From Candidatus Abyssobacteria bacterium SURF_5 (GTDB lineage Bacteria; Abyssobacteria; SURF-5): DNA of 64,000 nucleotides. Positions within the stretch are counted from its first letter, which is position 1; the number at the start of each line of letters is the position of its first letter. Positions 38,881-48,872 of this stretch are shown here, in pieces. Under the pieces are notes generated by a model. It was not told where the DNA came from, ran no database searches, and saw only the letters and a list, made by a program, of their open reading frames with translations. Both the position numbers and the translations under genes were made by a program. The DNA lies in contig QZKU01000026.1 of NCBI GenBank assembly GCA_003598085.1, positions 7,335 through 71,334 of the forward strand. The letters run 5' to 3'.

Positions 38881-40995
38881 ATGCGAACAAAATATATTCT
38901 TATCGCCGCAGGAGCGCTGATCTTGATTGTGGCGATTGTGATCAGCGTGGTCCTGATCCGGTTTGACTACAATACGCTCAAGCCCAGAGCGGAGCGCGCG
39001 GTTTATCAGGCGACCGGCCGCGAACTGAATCTTGAGGGCGATGTCAAACTCCATCTGGGTCTTTCGCCCATACTTGCCGTTGAAAGTGTCACCTTCGAGA
39101 ACGCCGAGTGGGGTTCTCAACCCAATATGGCGACGATGGAACGCCTCGAAGTGCAGGTCGCCCTTATCCCGCTCCTTCGCAGAGACATCCAGGTCAAGAA
39201 TCTGGTGCTCGTCGGGCCCGATATCCTTGTCGAAACCAGCAAAACCGGCGAATCAAATATATCCTTTGGTCAAAAACCGAAAAAGGAGGAGCAGCCTCCT
39301 GAGCCCAAACCCGGCGAGGATGGGGATGGACTGAAGTCATTCACTTTCGAGGAGGTACGAATAGAAAACGGGCGGCTGACTTACAAGGATCAGAGAAAGG
39401 ATACTACCCACACTGCCACTCTCCTGAGCTTTCAAGCCACTGAAAAAAGCGGTGGTTTAATTCAAATGGAGGCCGAAGGCGCTTATAACGAGAATCCGTT
39501 TGAAATGGAAGGTACAGTGGGCTCCCTTGCGGCAATCACCGATCCGCAGGATCCGTGGCCGGTGAAATTGAGGGCCAAGACGCTGGGAACCGATGTACAT
39601 TTGAATGGAGCCGTTCAGGATGTGCTTGGGGCAAAGGGTATTGATTTGAATCTTATAGCAGAAGGGCAGTCCCTGACTGAAGTTGCGACATTGGCGGGTG
39701 TGAAAGAGGTTCCGGATCTTGGGAAGTTTGACTTGTCAGCCAGATTGACCGATCCCGCAGAAAACACCTATAAGTTGTCTGATATCAAAGCGCACCTGTC
39801 TAATAGCGATATCTCCGGTACAGCGGAGTTTTCAATGGAGGGTGAACGACCTCGGTTTTCAGCGGCTTTTGAGTCGCAAGTCCTTGACCTTCGCTCAATC
39901 ATGGCGGAGGAGAAGAACAATTCAAAGAAAACCGAGCCCGCCGGTCAGACCCAATCCACGAAACAGAAGGTTTTCTCAGAAAATGAATTGCCCCTGGATA
40001 TCGTTAAAAAGGTGGATGGAGAGGCCAACCTGCAGGCTAAACACATCCTCTTGCCACGGCTCGCACTCACCGATTTGGCAACCAAGATCACCCTGAACAA
40101 TGGAACACTTGCGATACAGCCGATACAGGCTTCAGCCGGCGGCGGGTCCTTCGCCGGCCAATTGAATCTGTCAGCAAAAGCCGAGACAGCCGATCTGAAT
40201 GTTAATCTGAAAATCGATCAACTCGACCTCGAGCGCATGCTGAGCGAGTTGGGAATTGTGGACCGCATCTACGGTAAGCTCGATGCCGATATCGAATTGA
40301 CGGGAAACGGTGATTCAGTTGCCGAATTGATGGCCGGGTTGGACGGGAAGACCGTGATGAGCATGGGCGGCGGGCGAATCAATAACAAATATCTATCACT
40401 GCTTGAAGGAGATTTTGGATCGGGACTCTTCCGCCTGCTGTACTCGCCGTCGGAAGGAATGGATTATACCGAACTGCAGTGCTTTGTCAGCCGGTTCGAC
40501 ATCAAGAACGGGCTCGCAAAGAGCACCGTCCTCCTCATCGCCACCGAAAGCATAACCGTGGCCGGCGAGGGAATCATTGATTTGCGAACCGAGGAACTCG
40601 ATCTCGCAATTGTGCCTGCCGCTAAAGAAGGAGTGCTCGCCGAAGCCGGCGCCAGGACGGGAGTTGATATCGGCGAATTGAGCAAATCCTTCAGACTCGG
40701 AGGCACTCTGGCGAATCCAAGGCTGGCGATCGATCCCCGGCAACCGGTGACGATCATCAGTCAGCTTTTGGGCGGTAAACAGGAGCCTTCCGGCATCGCC
40801 GCAGTTCTCGCCGGCGAATCGGAGGGCGACGATCCCTGCTCAATTGCTATGAACATTGCAGAAACAGGTGAGGTGCCACAGGCAGCCCCCAAAAAAGAAG
40901 AAGGGACAATCACGGAGCAACTGCCTGCCGATATGCCGGGCAAAGATGTTCTGGGCGAGGCGGAACAGCAGTTGAGGAAACTATTCGGGAAATGA
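38881..40995 (+). CDS. AsmA-family outer-membrane/lipid-transport protein
   Basis: N-terminal TM anchor, then a long AsmA-like beta-rich region; preceded by the RBS aaggagg; 704 aa. Confidence 0.7.
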   Translation: MRTKYILIAAGALILIVAIVISVVLIRFDYNTLKPRAERAVYQATGRELNLEGDVKLHLGLSPILAVESVTFENAEWGSQPNMATMERLEVQVALIPLLRRDIQVKNLVLVGPDILVETSKTGESNISFGQKPKKEEQPPEPKPGEDGDGLKSFTFEEVRIENGRLTYKDQRKDTTHTATLLSFQATEKSGGLIQMEAEGAYNENPFEMEGTVGSLAAITDPQDPWPVKLRAKTLGTDVHLNGAVQDVLGAKGIDLNLIAEGQSLTEVATLAGVKEVPDLGKFDLSARLTDPAENTYKLSDIKAHLSNSDISGTAEFSMEGERPRFSAAFESQVLDLRSIMAEEKNNSKKTEPAGQTQSTKQKVFSENELPLDIVKKVDGEANLQAKHILLPRLALTDLATKITLNNGTLAIQPIQASAGGGSFAGQLNLSAKAETADLNVNLKIDQLDLERMLSELGIVDRIYGKLDADIELTGNGDSVAELMAGLDGKTVMSMGGGRINNKYLSLLEGDFGSGLFRLLYSPSEGMDYTELQCFVSRFDIKNGLAKSTVLLIATESITVAGEGIIDLRTEELDLAIVPAAKEGVLAEAGARTGVDIGELSKSFRLGGTLANPRLAIDPRQPVTIISQLLGGKQEPSGIAAVLAGESEGDDPCSIAMNIAETGEVPQAAPKKEEGTITEQLPADMPGKDVLGEAEQQLRKLFGK

Positions 40996-42186
40996 TAACG
41001 CTGAGGTCGGCGCGAGAAGGCTTTGTTCTGCAGGCAAACTTATCCTGACAGTCGTCCCTCTATTCTTCTTGCTTCTGATGATCATGCTTCCCTTGTGCGC
41101 CCGCACAATCTTTCTCGAAATACTGAGCCCAAGCCCTACGCCACCCGGTTTCGTACTGAAAAAGGGCTCGATGACGCGTGGAAGGTTCTCCGGAGAAATT
41201 CCGCATCCGCGGTCGGCGATTCTCAGTATCACCCGCTTCGGGTTTTGATATGGAAAATTTCGCGACCGGATCGCGAGTAAGCCACCACGGGGCATTGCTT
41301 CAATAGAGTTGGTGATGATATTGGAAAGACCTTGCGCAAGTTTTTCCTTGTCTCCCATCACTCTTACCGAATCGACATCCAGCTCTTTTCTCACTTTGGT
41401 ATTCTTGAGCTTGTAGCTTACCTTGTCCAGGGCCTCGTCTACCACCTCGCTGACGGTTAACGATGAAATCTGTAGATGCAAAGGAAGTGCATAATCCACC
41501 AGATAATTGATGACTTCGGCCAGAGCATTGACTCCGTAATGAAGCTCCCCCAGTATTTCGATCGTATTCCGCTGCCCTTTCACTTCCTTTGCCAACATCT
41601 CGATTCCCATTTCAATCACCTGCAGCGGATTTCGCACTTCATGAGCCACAAAAGCCACTGCACGCTCCAGGGCCGCCAGCCTCTCCGCGCGACTGAACAA
41701 TTCATGTTTACTTCTTAACAAAGTGATGTCACTGGCAACCCCCGCAAATTTCACCACCTTCCCGTCCTTGTCGGTAATGGGAAAACCCCGGTCTCGAATC
41801 CAGCGGATGGAAGCATCCGGCCGCACAATCCTGTATTCCATTTCTTCCTGATATCCACCCTTCATCCAATTAAAAACCCGCGGACGGTCGCGCGGATGAA
41901 TGGCTTCCAGGAAAGAATAAGGCTCCTTGTGCAGGCTTTCGCGGGAGCGCCCCCAGATCGTCTCATACGCCGGACTCACATAAATCATCTTCTTCGGATA
42001 TGGCGTGCTCATCCAGAAAACATCCTGAATCGTCTCCGTCACCAATCGAAACTTCTCCTCGCTCTCTTTCAACTCCTTGACGGCTAGCTCGCATTTGGTT
42101 GAGATTTTTTGCAGTTTATCCAGTTCCGCTTCGAGGTGAGCAACACTTTCCAGCAGTTGCTCCTTTGTTTTCGCCGTGCGCACCAT
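40981..42186 (-). CDS. PAS-domain sensor histidine kinase
   Basis: H-box FVAHEVRNPL; N, G1, F and G2 boxes (NSIEA, DRGCGI, FFSTK, GVGLGLS); PAS region N-terminal; 401 aa. Confidence 0.85.
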   Translation of the reverse strand: MVRTAKTKEQLLESVAHLEAELDKLQKISTKCELAVKELKESEEKFRLVTETIQDVFWMSTPYPKKMIYVSPAYETIWGRSRESLHKEPYSFLEAIHPRDRPRVFNWMKGGYQEEMEYRIVRPDASIRWIRDRGFPITDKDGKVVKFAGVASDITLLRSKHELFSRAERLAALERAVAFVAHEVRNPLQVIEMGIEMLAKEVKGQRNTIEILGELHYGVNALAEVINYLVDYALPLHLQISSLTVSEVVDEALDKVSYKLKNTKVRKELDVDSVRVMGDKEKLAQGLSNIITNSIEAMPRGGLLAIRSRNFPYQNPKRVILRIADRGCGISPENLPRVIEPFFSTKPGGVGLGLSISRKIVRAHKGSMIIRSKKNRGTTVRISLPAEQSLLAPTSALSFPE

Positions 42187-42337
42187 CGCGTTCTCAACAA
42201 ATGCGTCTCTCGCTGGGAGAGCACGCAGGTCGTTACGTAAAATATCCTGTCCCTATTTTTGCACGAATGAGCCATTATTGCCACCGAAGCAAAGATCAAT
42301 ATGCCGATTTACTGAACCGCCCGCATTGCTTCTCGTA

Positions 42338-42346
42338 TGCTATAAT
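42338..42346 (+). promoter_or_regulatory. Extended -10 element (TGcTATAAT) upstream of the MFS transporter gene
   Basis: Sequence tgctataat lies 33 nt upstream of ATG 42379; no good -35. Confidence 0.35.
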
Positions 42347-42378
42347 GACAAAAATCTCACGGTCCCGGCCCGGCAGAT

Positions 42379-43647
42379 ATGAAAAATTCTTCGAGAGCAC
42401 CTCAAAACTGGCTGTATCTCGCTCAACTCAGCGTCAATTACCTCGGCTGGGTGTTCTGCTGGAACGTCGCCACTACCTACATGTCCCCAAACATCTTGCT
42501 CGGACTCGTAGACGATTCAGTAAAAAACACCCGTCTCGGACTGATGAGCGGCGCAGGGAATATCATGGTGATCATCCTGATTCCGCTCATTGGCGCCCTC
42601 AGCGACCGAACAACCAGCGAGATGGGCCGCAGAAGACCCTATTACATCGCTGCCGCATCCATGATGGCCGTCTTCATCATGCTGATGGTCTACTCGGGAA
42701 ACTATCTGTTCCTGCTCGCCCTGATAGTGCTCATGCATGCCGCGGCCGCGCTGTGGTTTCCCAACCGCGCGCTCGTCCGCGACATCGTCCCCATCGAGCG
42801 CCGCGGCCGTGTCTCCGGCTTGATCCAGATAGCCAATCTGATCGGGATGATGTCTGCCCATGTTCTCGCACCACGGCTGGTGGAGGCCGGACGGCTGCTG
42901 CTTCTTGCCATTATCGCGGGCGCTGTCAACGTTGTCTCCAATCTCTGGGTCGCACTCGCCATAAGAGAGCCTGCTCCGGCCTTTCGGTCGGCGCGGCCGG
43001 CGGATTCATGGAAGGAAATCTATTTCCCGAAACTCGAAAGCGGCGACGGCCTGAAGAGACTGGCCGCCTTTAACCTCCTGACGCAGATGGGAATGGTGGC
43101 TATGGTATGTTTCCTGCTCTACTTCATCAAGGACCAGGTCGACCCGGTCCACTTCAACAAGACTTTCGGTACCGTCGTCCTCATCGCGATGACTGCGGCC
43201 ATCCCGTCTTCGTTTGGCTCGGGTGTCATCGCCGACCGATTGGGACGCAAACGAGTGTTGCTTATCGGTTGCTTGCTCCAACTGGCTTGTATCCTCAACT
43301 TCCTCATTTCTCCGCGTCTGCACTCCACACTCTATATCAGCGGACTCCTTTACGGCCTGGGCAATGGCGCATACCTGAGCATGTATTGGACGCTTGTTTC
43401 AGATCTGGTTCCCGAGGCCGATGCGGGAAAGTATATGGGATTGATGCAGTACACGTTCCTCATTCCGTGGGCCATTGTTCCCCCTGCTCTGGGTCCGATG
43501 GTCGACAGATTCGGCGCCTCGTCAGGACCTGGATACAACATTCTGTTCGTCGTGATCGTTTTCTTGCTGGCAGGAGGACTGATCATGATCCGAAAAATCC
43601 CGGAAACATTTAAAACCGCACCAGCCCCTGTCGCTGATTTTTCTTGA
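42379..43647 (+). CDS. MFS transporter
   Basis: 12 predicted TM helices; MFS loop motif LSDRTTSEMGRRRP between TM2 and TM3; 422 aa. Confidence 0.8.
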   Translation: MKNSSRAPQNWLYLAQLSVNYLGWVFCWNVATTYMSPNILLGLVDDSVKNTRLGLMSGAGNIMVIILIPLIGALSDRTTSEMGRRRPYYIAAASMMAVFIMLMVYSGNYLFLLALIVLMHAAAALWFPNRALVRDIVPIERRGRVSGLIQIANLIGMMSAHVLAPRLVEAGRLLLLAIIAGAVNVVSNLWVALAIREPAPAFRSARPADSWKEIYFPKLESGDGLKRLAAFNLLTQMGMVAMVCFLLYFIKDQVDPVHFNKTFGTVVLIAMTAAIPSSFGSGVIADRLGRKRVLLIGCLLQLACILNFLISPRLHSTLYISGLLYGLGNGAYLSMYWTLVSDLVPEADAGKYMGLMQYTFLIPWAIVPPALGPMVDRFGASSGPGYNILFVVIVFLLAGGLIMIRKIPETFKTAPAPVADFS

Positions 43648-43679
43648 TTCCCGCCGATCTTCTGTGAAAGTTTGACTTC

Positions 43680-44447
43680 TTACCGCGAGCGGCTTCTACC
43701 CAGCTCAAAAGACATCCCGTCTTCAGCTACGACCACTTCACCGTGATACGCCCTTCGGCACTGGCCGGCCAAATCGTAACCGGCGGCAACCGGATATATA
43801 TGCGTCAGCGCCAATTTCCTGCAAGCTGCGCGCTCCGCCATCTCGCCCGCTTTCTCCGGAGTTAAATGGCCGGGAACCGCTATCTCATTTGGATAAGAGC
43901 ATTCCAGTATGAGCAAATCGCTTCCGTCCGCCAATCGAATTATGTTTTCACTGTAATCAGTGTCTCCTGAATACACCAGAGCGGCGCCGTCAGCCTCAAG
44001 ACGATACGAATATGCCGGCTGCGTATGCTCGGCCTTTGTCAGATCCAGCCGCCATGTCGCCCCCTCGAGCGGCTCTCCATGCAGCTCCTCGATGAAGAGT
44101 TCGTATCGTTTCGGAGTAAGCCAGTCTCCGTAAGCTGTCACAAGATTCTCATAAAGCCTCTGAATGCCGGGCGGCCCAAAGAGCGCCAATGAATTCGTGC
44201 GGTTGACATCCGGAATGTTCAGCGCAAACAGAAGCGCCGCCAGATCGCCCACGTGGTCGGTGTGAAAATGGGTGAAAAACAGCATGTCCAATGCCGCCCA
44301 ATGAATCCCGGCATGCGCCATTGCCCTTACGGCGCCAGGACCGCAGTCGAAAACCAGCAATTCTTTCCCCACATTCACCGCAATACAGGGCGAACCGCGG
44401 TCTGGATTCGGTATCCCGCAGCCTGACCCCACGATGGTTACTTTCAC
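43680..44447 (-). CDS. MBL-fold metallo-hydrolase (RNase Z / beta-lactamase-like)
   Basis: HFHTDHVGD motif (HxHxDH); 255 aa. Confidence 0.75.
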   Translation of the reverse strand: MKVTIVGSGCGIPNPDRGSPCIAVNVGKELLVFDCGPGAVRAMAHAGIHWAALDMLFFTHFHTDHVGDLAALLFALNIPDVNRTNSLALFGPPGIQRLYENLVTAYGDWLTPKRYELFIEELHGEPLEGATWRLDLTKAEHTQPAYSYRLEADGAALVYSGDTDYSENIIRLADGSDLLILECSYPNEIAVPGHLTPEKAGEMAERAACRKLALTHIYPVAAGYDLAGQCRRAYHGEVVVAEDGMSFELGRSRSR

Positions 44448-44681
44448 AATGGCTCCTCCATCTCTCCTTCTATCACCCTATTCAGAATTTATCAAGATAT
44501 TATAGCTCTCCCAGCCTCTTGCGATTCCGATTTCCTGCCATTAATTTGTCATTTTCCCACATTTATCATGTTTCAATACGAAACAACAAGCGGCCTCACT
44601 CTCGACGATCTTACCATTCAGCGCCCCCATGAACAGATATAACCACCTGACAAGCAAAGAGTTACAAATAAATAATATAGT

Positions 44682-44697
44682 TGGCACACCGGTTGCA
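44682..44697 (+). promoter_or_regulatory. Sigma-54 (RpoN) -24/-12 promoter element upstream of dnaK
   Basis: tTGGCACaccggTTGCAat matches the consensus TGGCAC-N5-TTGCW exactly. It lies about 60 nt upstream of the dnaK ATG in a 300-nt AT-rich intergenic region. Confidence 0.6.
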
Positions 44698-44757
44698 ATC
44701 AATACAGTCGAGAAAATAACTCTGAACATGGACTCTTAAACTAAGGAGATGATTTTA

Positions 44758-46686
44758 ATGGCAAAAGTTATCGGCATAGATTTGGGTACCACGAACTCGT
44801 GTGTTGCAGTGCTCGAAGGCGGGGAATCCGTGGTCATCCCGAACAGTGAGGGCGGCAGGACAACGCCGTCTGTAGTCGCTTTCACAAAGACCGGCGAACG
44901 ACTGGTCGGCACAGTGGCAAAGCGACAGGCAATCACCAATCCCGAAAACACGGTTTTCTCGATAAAACGCTTCATGGGCCGCAAATACGGGGAAGTAAGC
45001 AGCGAGATCAAGCTGGTGCCTTATAAAGTGAGCGCCGCGCCAAATGGCGATTGTCAGGTGGCGGCAGGCGGAAAGACTTACCGGCCGCCGGAGATCTCGG
45101 CGATGATTCTGCAGAAAATGAAACAGAGCGCCGAGGATTATCTCGGGCAGAAAGTGACTCAGGCTGTCATTACCGTTCCGGCCTATTTCAACGACTCTCA
45201 GCGCCAGGCCACAAAGGATGCGGGAAGGATTGCCGGTCTGGAGGTTCTTCGGATCATCAATGAACCCACGGCGGCATCGCTGGCGTATGGTTTGGACAAA
45301 AAGAAGGACGAGAAAATCGCCGTTTATGACCTTGGCGGCGGCACATTCGATATCTCCATCCTCCAATTGGGTGAGGGCGTTTTCGAAGTGCTTTCGACCA
45401 ACGGTGACACTCATCTAGGCGGCGACGATTTCGACCAAAGGGTCATCGACTGGCTGGCCGACGAGTTCAAGAAGGAACAGGGAATCGACCTGCGGAAAGA
45501 CCGGATGGCCCTGCAACGGCTGAAGGAAGCTGCGGAGAAGGCAAAGATCGAGCTTTCGAGCTCGCAGACAACCGATATCAATCTCCCATTCATTACAGCC
45601 GATGCGGCAGGCCCGAAGCACCTGAATATCACGCTGACTCGTTCGAAACTCGAGCAACTCGTTGACGATCTGGTCGAGCGAACGCGCGGACCTGTCATGC
45701 GGGCCCTCCAGGACGCCGGATTGAACCCCGAACAGGTCGATGAGGTTGTCCTTGTCGGCGGGCAAACCCGCATGCCGAAGGTGCAGGACCTGGTAAAGGG
45801 CATCTTCAAGAAGGACCCGCACAAGGGAGTGAACCCCGACGAGGTTGTCGCCATAGGGGCGGCGATCCAGGCGGGTGTTCTCGCCGGCGAGGTCAAGGAC
45901 GTGTTGCTGCTCGACGTGACTCCGCTCTCGCTCGGCATCGAGACCAAAGGCGGCGTCTTCACGAAACTGATCGAGCGCAATACTACCATCCCGACCCGCA
46001 AGAGCGAGATATTCACCACCGCGGAAGACAACCAGACCAGTGTCGAGATTCACGTGCTGCAGGGTGAGCGCGAAATGGCCTCCAACAACAAGACCATCGG
46101 CCGGTTCCACCTGACAGGACTGCCGCCGGCGCCGCGCGGCCTGCCGCAGATCGAGGTGACCTTCGATATCGACGCAAACGGGATCTTGCACGTGTCTGCG
46201 AAGGACCTTGCGACCAGCCGCGAGCAGAAAATCCGCATCGAGGCGTCCAGCGGCTTGAACGAACAGGAGATAGACCGCATGGTAAAAGACGCTCAGGTGC
46301 ATGCGGGCGAAGACCGTCAGCGTCGCGAAAAAGCCGATGCCACCAACCGGGCGGAATCGTTGGTCTACGAGACCGAGAAAAACCTCAGGGAGCTCGGAGA
46401 CAAGTTGTCTCCTGATGCCAGAAGCAGCATCGAGACTGCCGTCGGGCGCGTTAACGAGGCAATCAAGTCCGGCGAAGTCGGCGAGATTAAATCTTCGACC
46501 GATGCCCTGCAACAAACCTGGCAACAGGTGTCGAGTGAAATCTATCAGAAAGCCGGCGCACAGGCCGGGCCTCAGTCCGGCGCGGCGGGCGGACCGAGCG
46601 GAAACGGCTCGCGCAAGGAGGAAAGAGGCGGCGGCGAAGACGTAATCGACGCCGATTATGAAGTGGTAGATGAGGACAAAAAGTAG
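44758..46686 (+). CDS. dnaK: Molecular chaperone DnaK (Hsp70)
   Basis: [18 protein letters not shown]..., DLGGGTFD and [10 protein letters not shown] signatures; RBS aaggag 9 nt upstream; 643 aa. Confidence 0.95.
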   Translation: MAKVIGIDLGTTNSCVAVLEGGESVVIPNSEGGRTTPSVVAFTKTGERLVGTVAKRQAITNPENTVFSIKRFMGRKYGEVSSEIKLVPYKVSAAPNGDCQVAAGGKTYRPPEISAMILQKMKQSAEDYLGQKVTQAVITVPAYFNDSQRQATKDAGRIAGLEVLRIINEPTAASLAYGLDKKKDEKIAVYDLGGGTFDISILQLGEGVFEVLSTNGDTHLGGDDFDQRVIDWLADEFKKEQGIDLRKDRMALQRLKEAAEKAKIELSSSQTTDINLPFITADAAGPKHLNITLTRSKLEQLVDDLVERTRGPVMRALQDAGLNPEQVDEVVLVGGQTRMPKVQDLVKGIFKKDPHKGVNPDEVVAIGAAIQAGVLAGEVKDVLLLDVTPLSLGIETKGGVFTKLIERNTTIPTRKSEIFTTAEDNQTSVEIHVLQGEREMASNNKTIGRFHLTGLPPAPRGLPQIEVTFDIDANGILHVSAKDLATSREQKIRIEASSGLNEQEIDRMVKDAQVHAGEDRQRREKADATNRAESLVYETEKNLRELGDKLSPDARSSIETAVGRVNEAIKSGEVGEIKSSTDALQQTWQQVSSEIYQKAGAQAGPQSGAAGGPSGNGSRKEERGGGEDVIDADYEVVDEDKK

Positions 46687-46708
46687 AAAATGAAAGGAGG
46701 AAACGAAT

Positions 46709-47176
46709 ATGGCCATCATGAGATGGAGACCAAGAGCTGAAATGGATCCCTTCAGAGACCTGATGGGGATCCAGGATGAAATTAACCGCCTGTTCGACTG
46801 GACTCTGAGCAGACGGCCGTCCGAGGGCGCCGGCCTGCTCCAGGGCGAATGGGCGCCGGCTATCGATGTGGCCGAAAATGAGAACTCGGTCTTTGTGAAG
46901 GCGGAACTTCCGGGAATGAGCGAGAAGGACATTGACGTCAACATTTTGGGCAACACCTTGACGATCAAAGGCGAGAAAAAGAAGGAAGAGGAGAAAAAGG
47001 AACACAGCTACTACCGGCTCGAACGCTCGTACGGCTCATTCCAGCGCTCAATCACGCTCCCGACCGTGGTGGATTCCGCCAAATGCAAGGCCTCTTTCAA
47101 GAATGGCGTTCTCGAAATCGAGATGCCCAAGAAAGAAGAGGCCAAGCCGAAACAGATCAAGGTGAACATCGACTGA
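46709..47176 (+). CDS. Hsp20/alpha-crystallin family small heat-shock protein
   Basis: Alpha-crystallin domain (AIDVAENENSVFVKAELPGM...GVLEIEMPK); RBS aaaggagg; 155 aa. Confidence 0.85.
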   Translation: MAIMRWRPRAEMDPFRDLMGIQDEINRLFDWTLSRRPSEGAGLLQGEWAPAIDVAENENSVFVKAELPGMSEKDIDVNILGNTLTIKGEKKKEEEKKEHSYYRLERSYGSFQRSITLPTVVDSAKCKASFKNGVLEIEMPKKEEAKPKQIKVNID

Positions 47177-47374
47177 TTTCCGAATGGCCACGGAGACTGT
47201 CCGACAAGGTGCGACGGAGAATGTCCAGGCGAAGGGGACGGGCTCCATGTAGGGAAATGGCGCCTGTCCCCGAAGCAAGAATCAATCGATCATCGAACTG
47301 TCTCATAGATCCAGTGCAAAAAACCGGCGTAAACAAAGCCGCGATAACCATACCTGATAAAGGAGGAAAAATAG

Positions 47375-47728
47375 ATGAATATCCCGAGGCCGGAAAAACA
47401 ACGCTTTCGCATCCCTGCCGTCGAAATACGGGAGACGCCGACAGCCGTTATTCTCCAGGCCGAGATGCCGGGAGTCGACAAGGAAGATTTCGACATCCAA
47501 ATCGACGGCGATGAATTGACCGTAAAGGGAAAACGCAAGCAACTGAAATCCGATCTGAGAGTGATCCACCAGGAAAGCGATTCCGCCGAATACCTGCGAA
47601 GCTTTATCCTGGGCGATGAACTCGATACCTCAGCGGTCGACGCAAAGACGGAAAACGGTATCCTCACGCTGACACTCCATAAGAAGAAAGAAGCGGCGCC
47701 CCAAAAAATCGCCATAAAAAGTGCATGA
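47375..47728 (+). CDS. Hsp20/alpha-crystallin family small heat-shock protein (second paralog)
   Basis: Alpha-crystallin domain (VEIRETPTAVILQAEMPGV...GILTLTLHK); RBS aaaggagg; 117 aa. Confidence 0.8.
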   Translation: MNIPRPEKQRFRIPAVEIRETPTAVILQAEMPGVDKEDFDIQIDGDELTVKGKRKQLKSDLRVIHQESDSAEYLRSFILGDELDTSAVDAKTENGILTLTLHKKKEAAPQKIAIKSA

Positions 47729-47804
47729 GAGGACAGATACCCCGCCGGCATCGCGCCCACACCTGTTCGCGAGTGTCTGCGGGGTTTGCTCTGTGTCAAA
47801 CCGT

Positions 47805-47833
47805 TTGATGTGAATGAAGATATGTGGTAAAAT
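47805..47833 (+). promoter_or_regulatory. Sigma-70-like promoter upstream of htpX
   Basis: TTGATG-17 nt-TAAAAT, about 56 nt upstream of the htpX start. Confidence 0.4.
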
Positions 47834-47889
47834 ATTGATGAGTCTGATGATAAAGCCGGGCTTCCCCAAAGGCCCAAGGAGGAATATTA

Positions 47890-48738
47890 TTGATGAATAC
47901 TCTTCGGACAGCGTTCCTGCTGACAGCGCTCACGCTCCTGCTCATATTCGTCGGGCAGGCCGTCGGCGGCAGGGACGGCGCAATGATCGCGTTCTTTTTC
48001 GCGCTGATCATGAATGTCGGCTCTTACTGGTTCAGCGATAAACTCGTTTTGAAAATGTACCGCGCGCAGCCGGTCTCGCCGAACGAGGCGCCAAGACTCT
48101 ATTCGATGGTGCAGGAGTTGGCGCTCAGTGCGGGATTGCCGATGCCGCGCGTGTATATTATCCCGAGCCAATCGCCGAATGCCTTCGCGACCGGCAGAAA
48201 CAAGAACCACGCCGTCGTGGCCGTGACACAGGGCATACTGAGTCTGCTTGACGAAAACGAGCTTCGCGGTGTGCTCGCTCACGAACTCGCGCATGTGCGA
48301 AACCGCGACATGCTGGTCGGCTCGATAGCGGCCACGCTCGCCGGCGCCATCTCGATGCTGGGAATCATGATCCGCTGGGGCGCGATGTTCGGCGGCTTCG
48401 GCGGCAGAGACGACCGAGACAACGGCGGCGTATTCGGCCTGCTCGCCGCTGCAATATTGGCCCCAATCGCGGCAACGATCATCCAACTCGCCGTTTCGCG
48501 CTCGCGCGAATATGGCGCTGATGATTCAGGCGCTCGAATCGCCGGAAGCCCGTACGGACTCGCCGATGCATTGGCAAAGCTCGAGCGCGGCGCGCAGGCA
48601 AGACCGCTTCAGGCCAACCCGGCCTCGGCTCACCTGTTCATCGTCAATCCGCTGCGCGGTAAAAGCATCTGGAACCTGTTGAGCACGCACCCGCCAATCG
48701 AGGAACGCATCCGCCGATTGCGCGCGATGAGGCCGTAA
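47890..48738 (+). CDS. htpX: Zinc metalloprotease HtpX (M48 family)
   Basis: [10 protein letters not shown] (HExxH), N-terminal TM helices; 282 aa. Confidence 0.88.
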   Translation: MMNTLRTAFLLTALTLLLIFVGQAVGGRDGAMIAFFFALIMNVGSYWFSDKLVLKMYRAQPVSPNEAPRLYSMVQELALSAGLPMPRVYIIPSQSPNAFATGRNKNHAVVAVTQGILSLLDENELRGVLAHELAHVRNRDMLVGSIAATLAGAISMLGIMIRWGAMFGGFGGRDDRDNGGVFGLLAAAILAPIAATIIQLAVSRSREYGADDSGARIAGSPYGLADALAKLERGAQARPLQANPASAHLFIVNPLRGKSIWNLLSTHPPIEERIRRLRAMRP

Positions 48739-48756
48739 CGTAAAGGAGAAATTCTT

Positions 48757-48797
48757 ACGGGGTCGTGTCATCACATGACCCCGTTTCTTGTGTTTTC
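48757..48797 (+). terminator. Rho-independent terminator after htpX
   Basis: Hairpin acggggtcgtg-tcatca-catgaccccgt followed by ttcttgtgttttctt. Confidence 0.65.
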
Positions 48798-48838
48798 TTG
48801 CCACGACTCGATATTGGAGCGGCTGTTTCTTCTTGTTC

Positions 48839-48867
48839 TTGACAAAGTTCCGAGTGGTCCATATAAT
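48839..48867 (+). promoter_or_regulatory. Consensus sigma-70 promoter (TTGACA-17-TATAAT) for the dGTPase-like gene
   Basis: cTTGACAaagttccgagtggtccaTATAATacc: both hexamers perfect, with a 17-nt spacer. Confidence 0.6.
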
Positions 48868-48872
48868 ACCGC

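Noticed and set aside
44448-44757. Looked for CIRCE (TTAGCACTC-N9-GAGTGCTAA), HAIR and sigma-32 heat-shock promoter elements upstream of dnaK.
   Set aside because: No convincing match was seen by eye. Only the sigma-54 element stands out.
47177-47374. Possible second sigma-54 element (aatggcgcctgtcccc) between the two hsp20 genes.
   Set aside because: It has GG but lacks the TTGC -12 element at the correct spacing. It is more likely part of a weak hairpin after the first hsp20.
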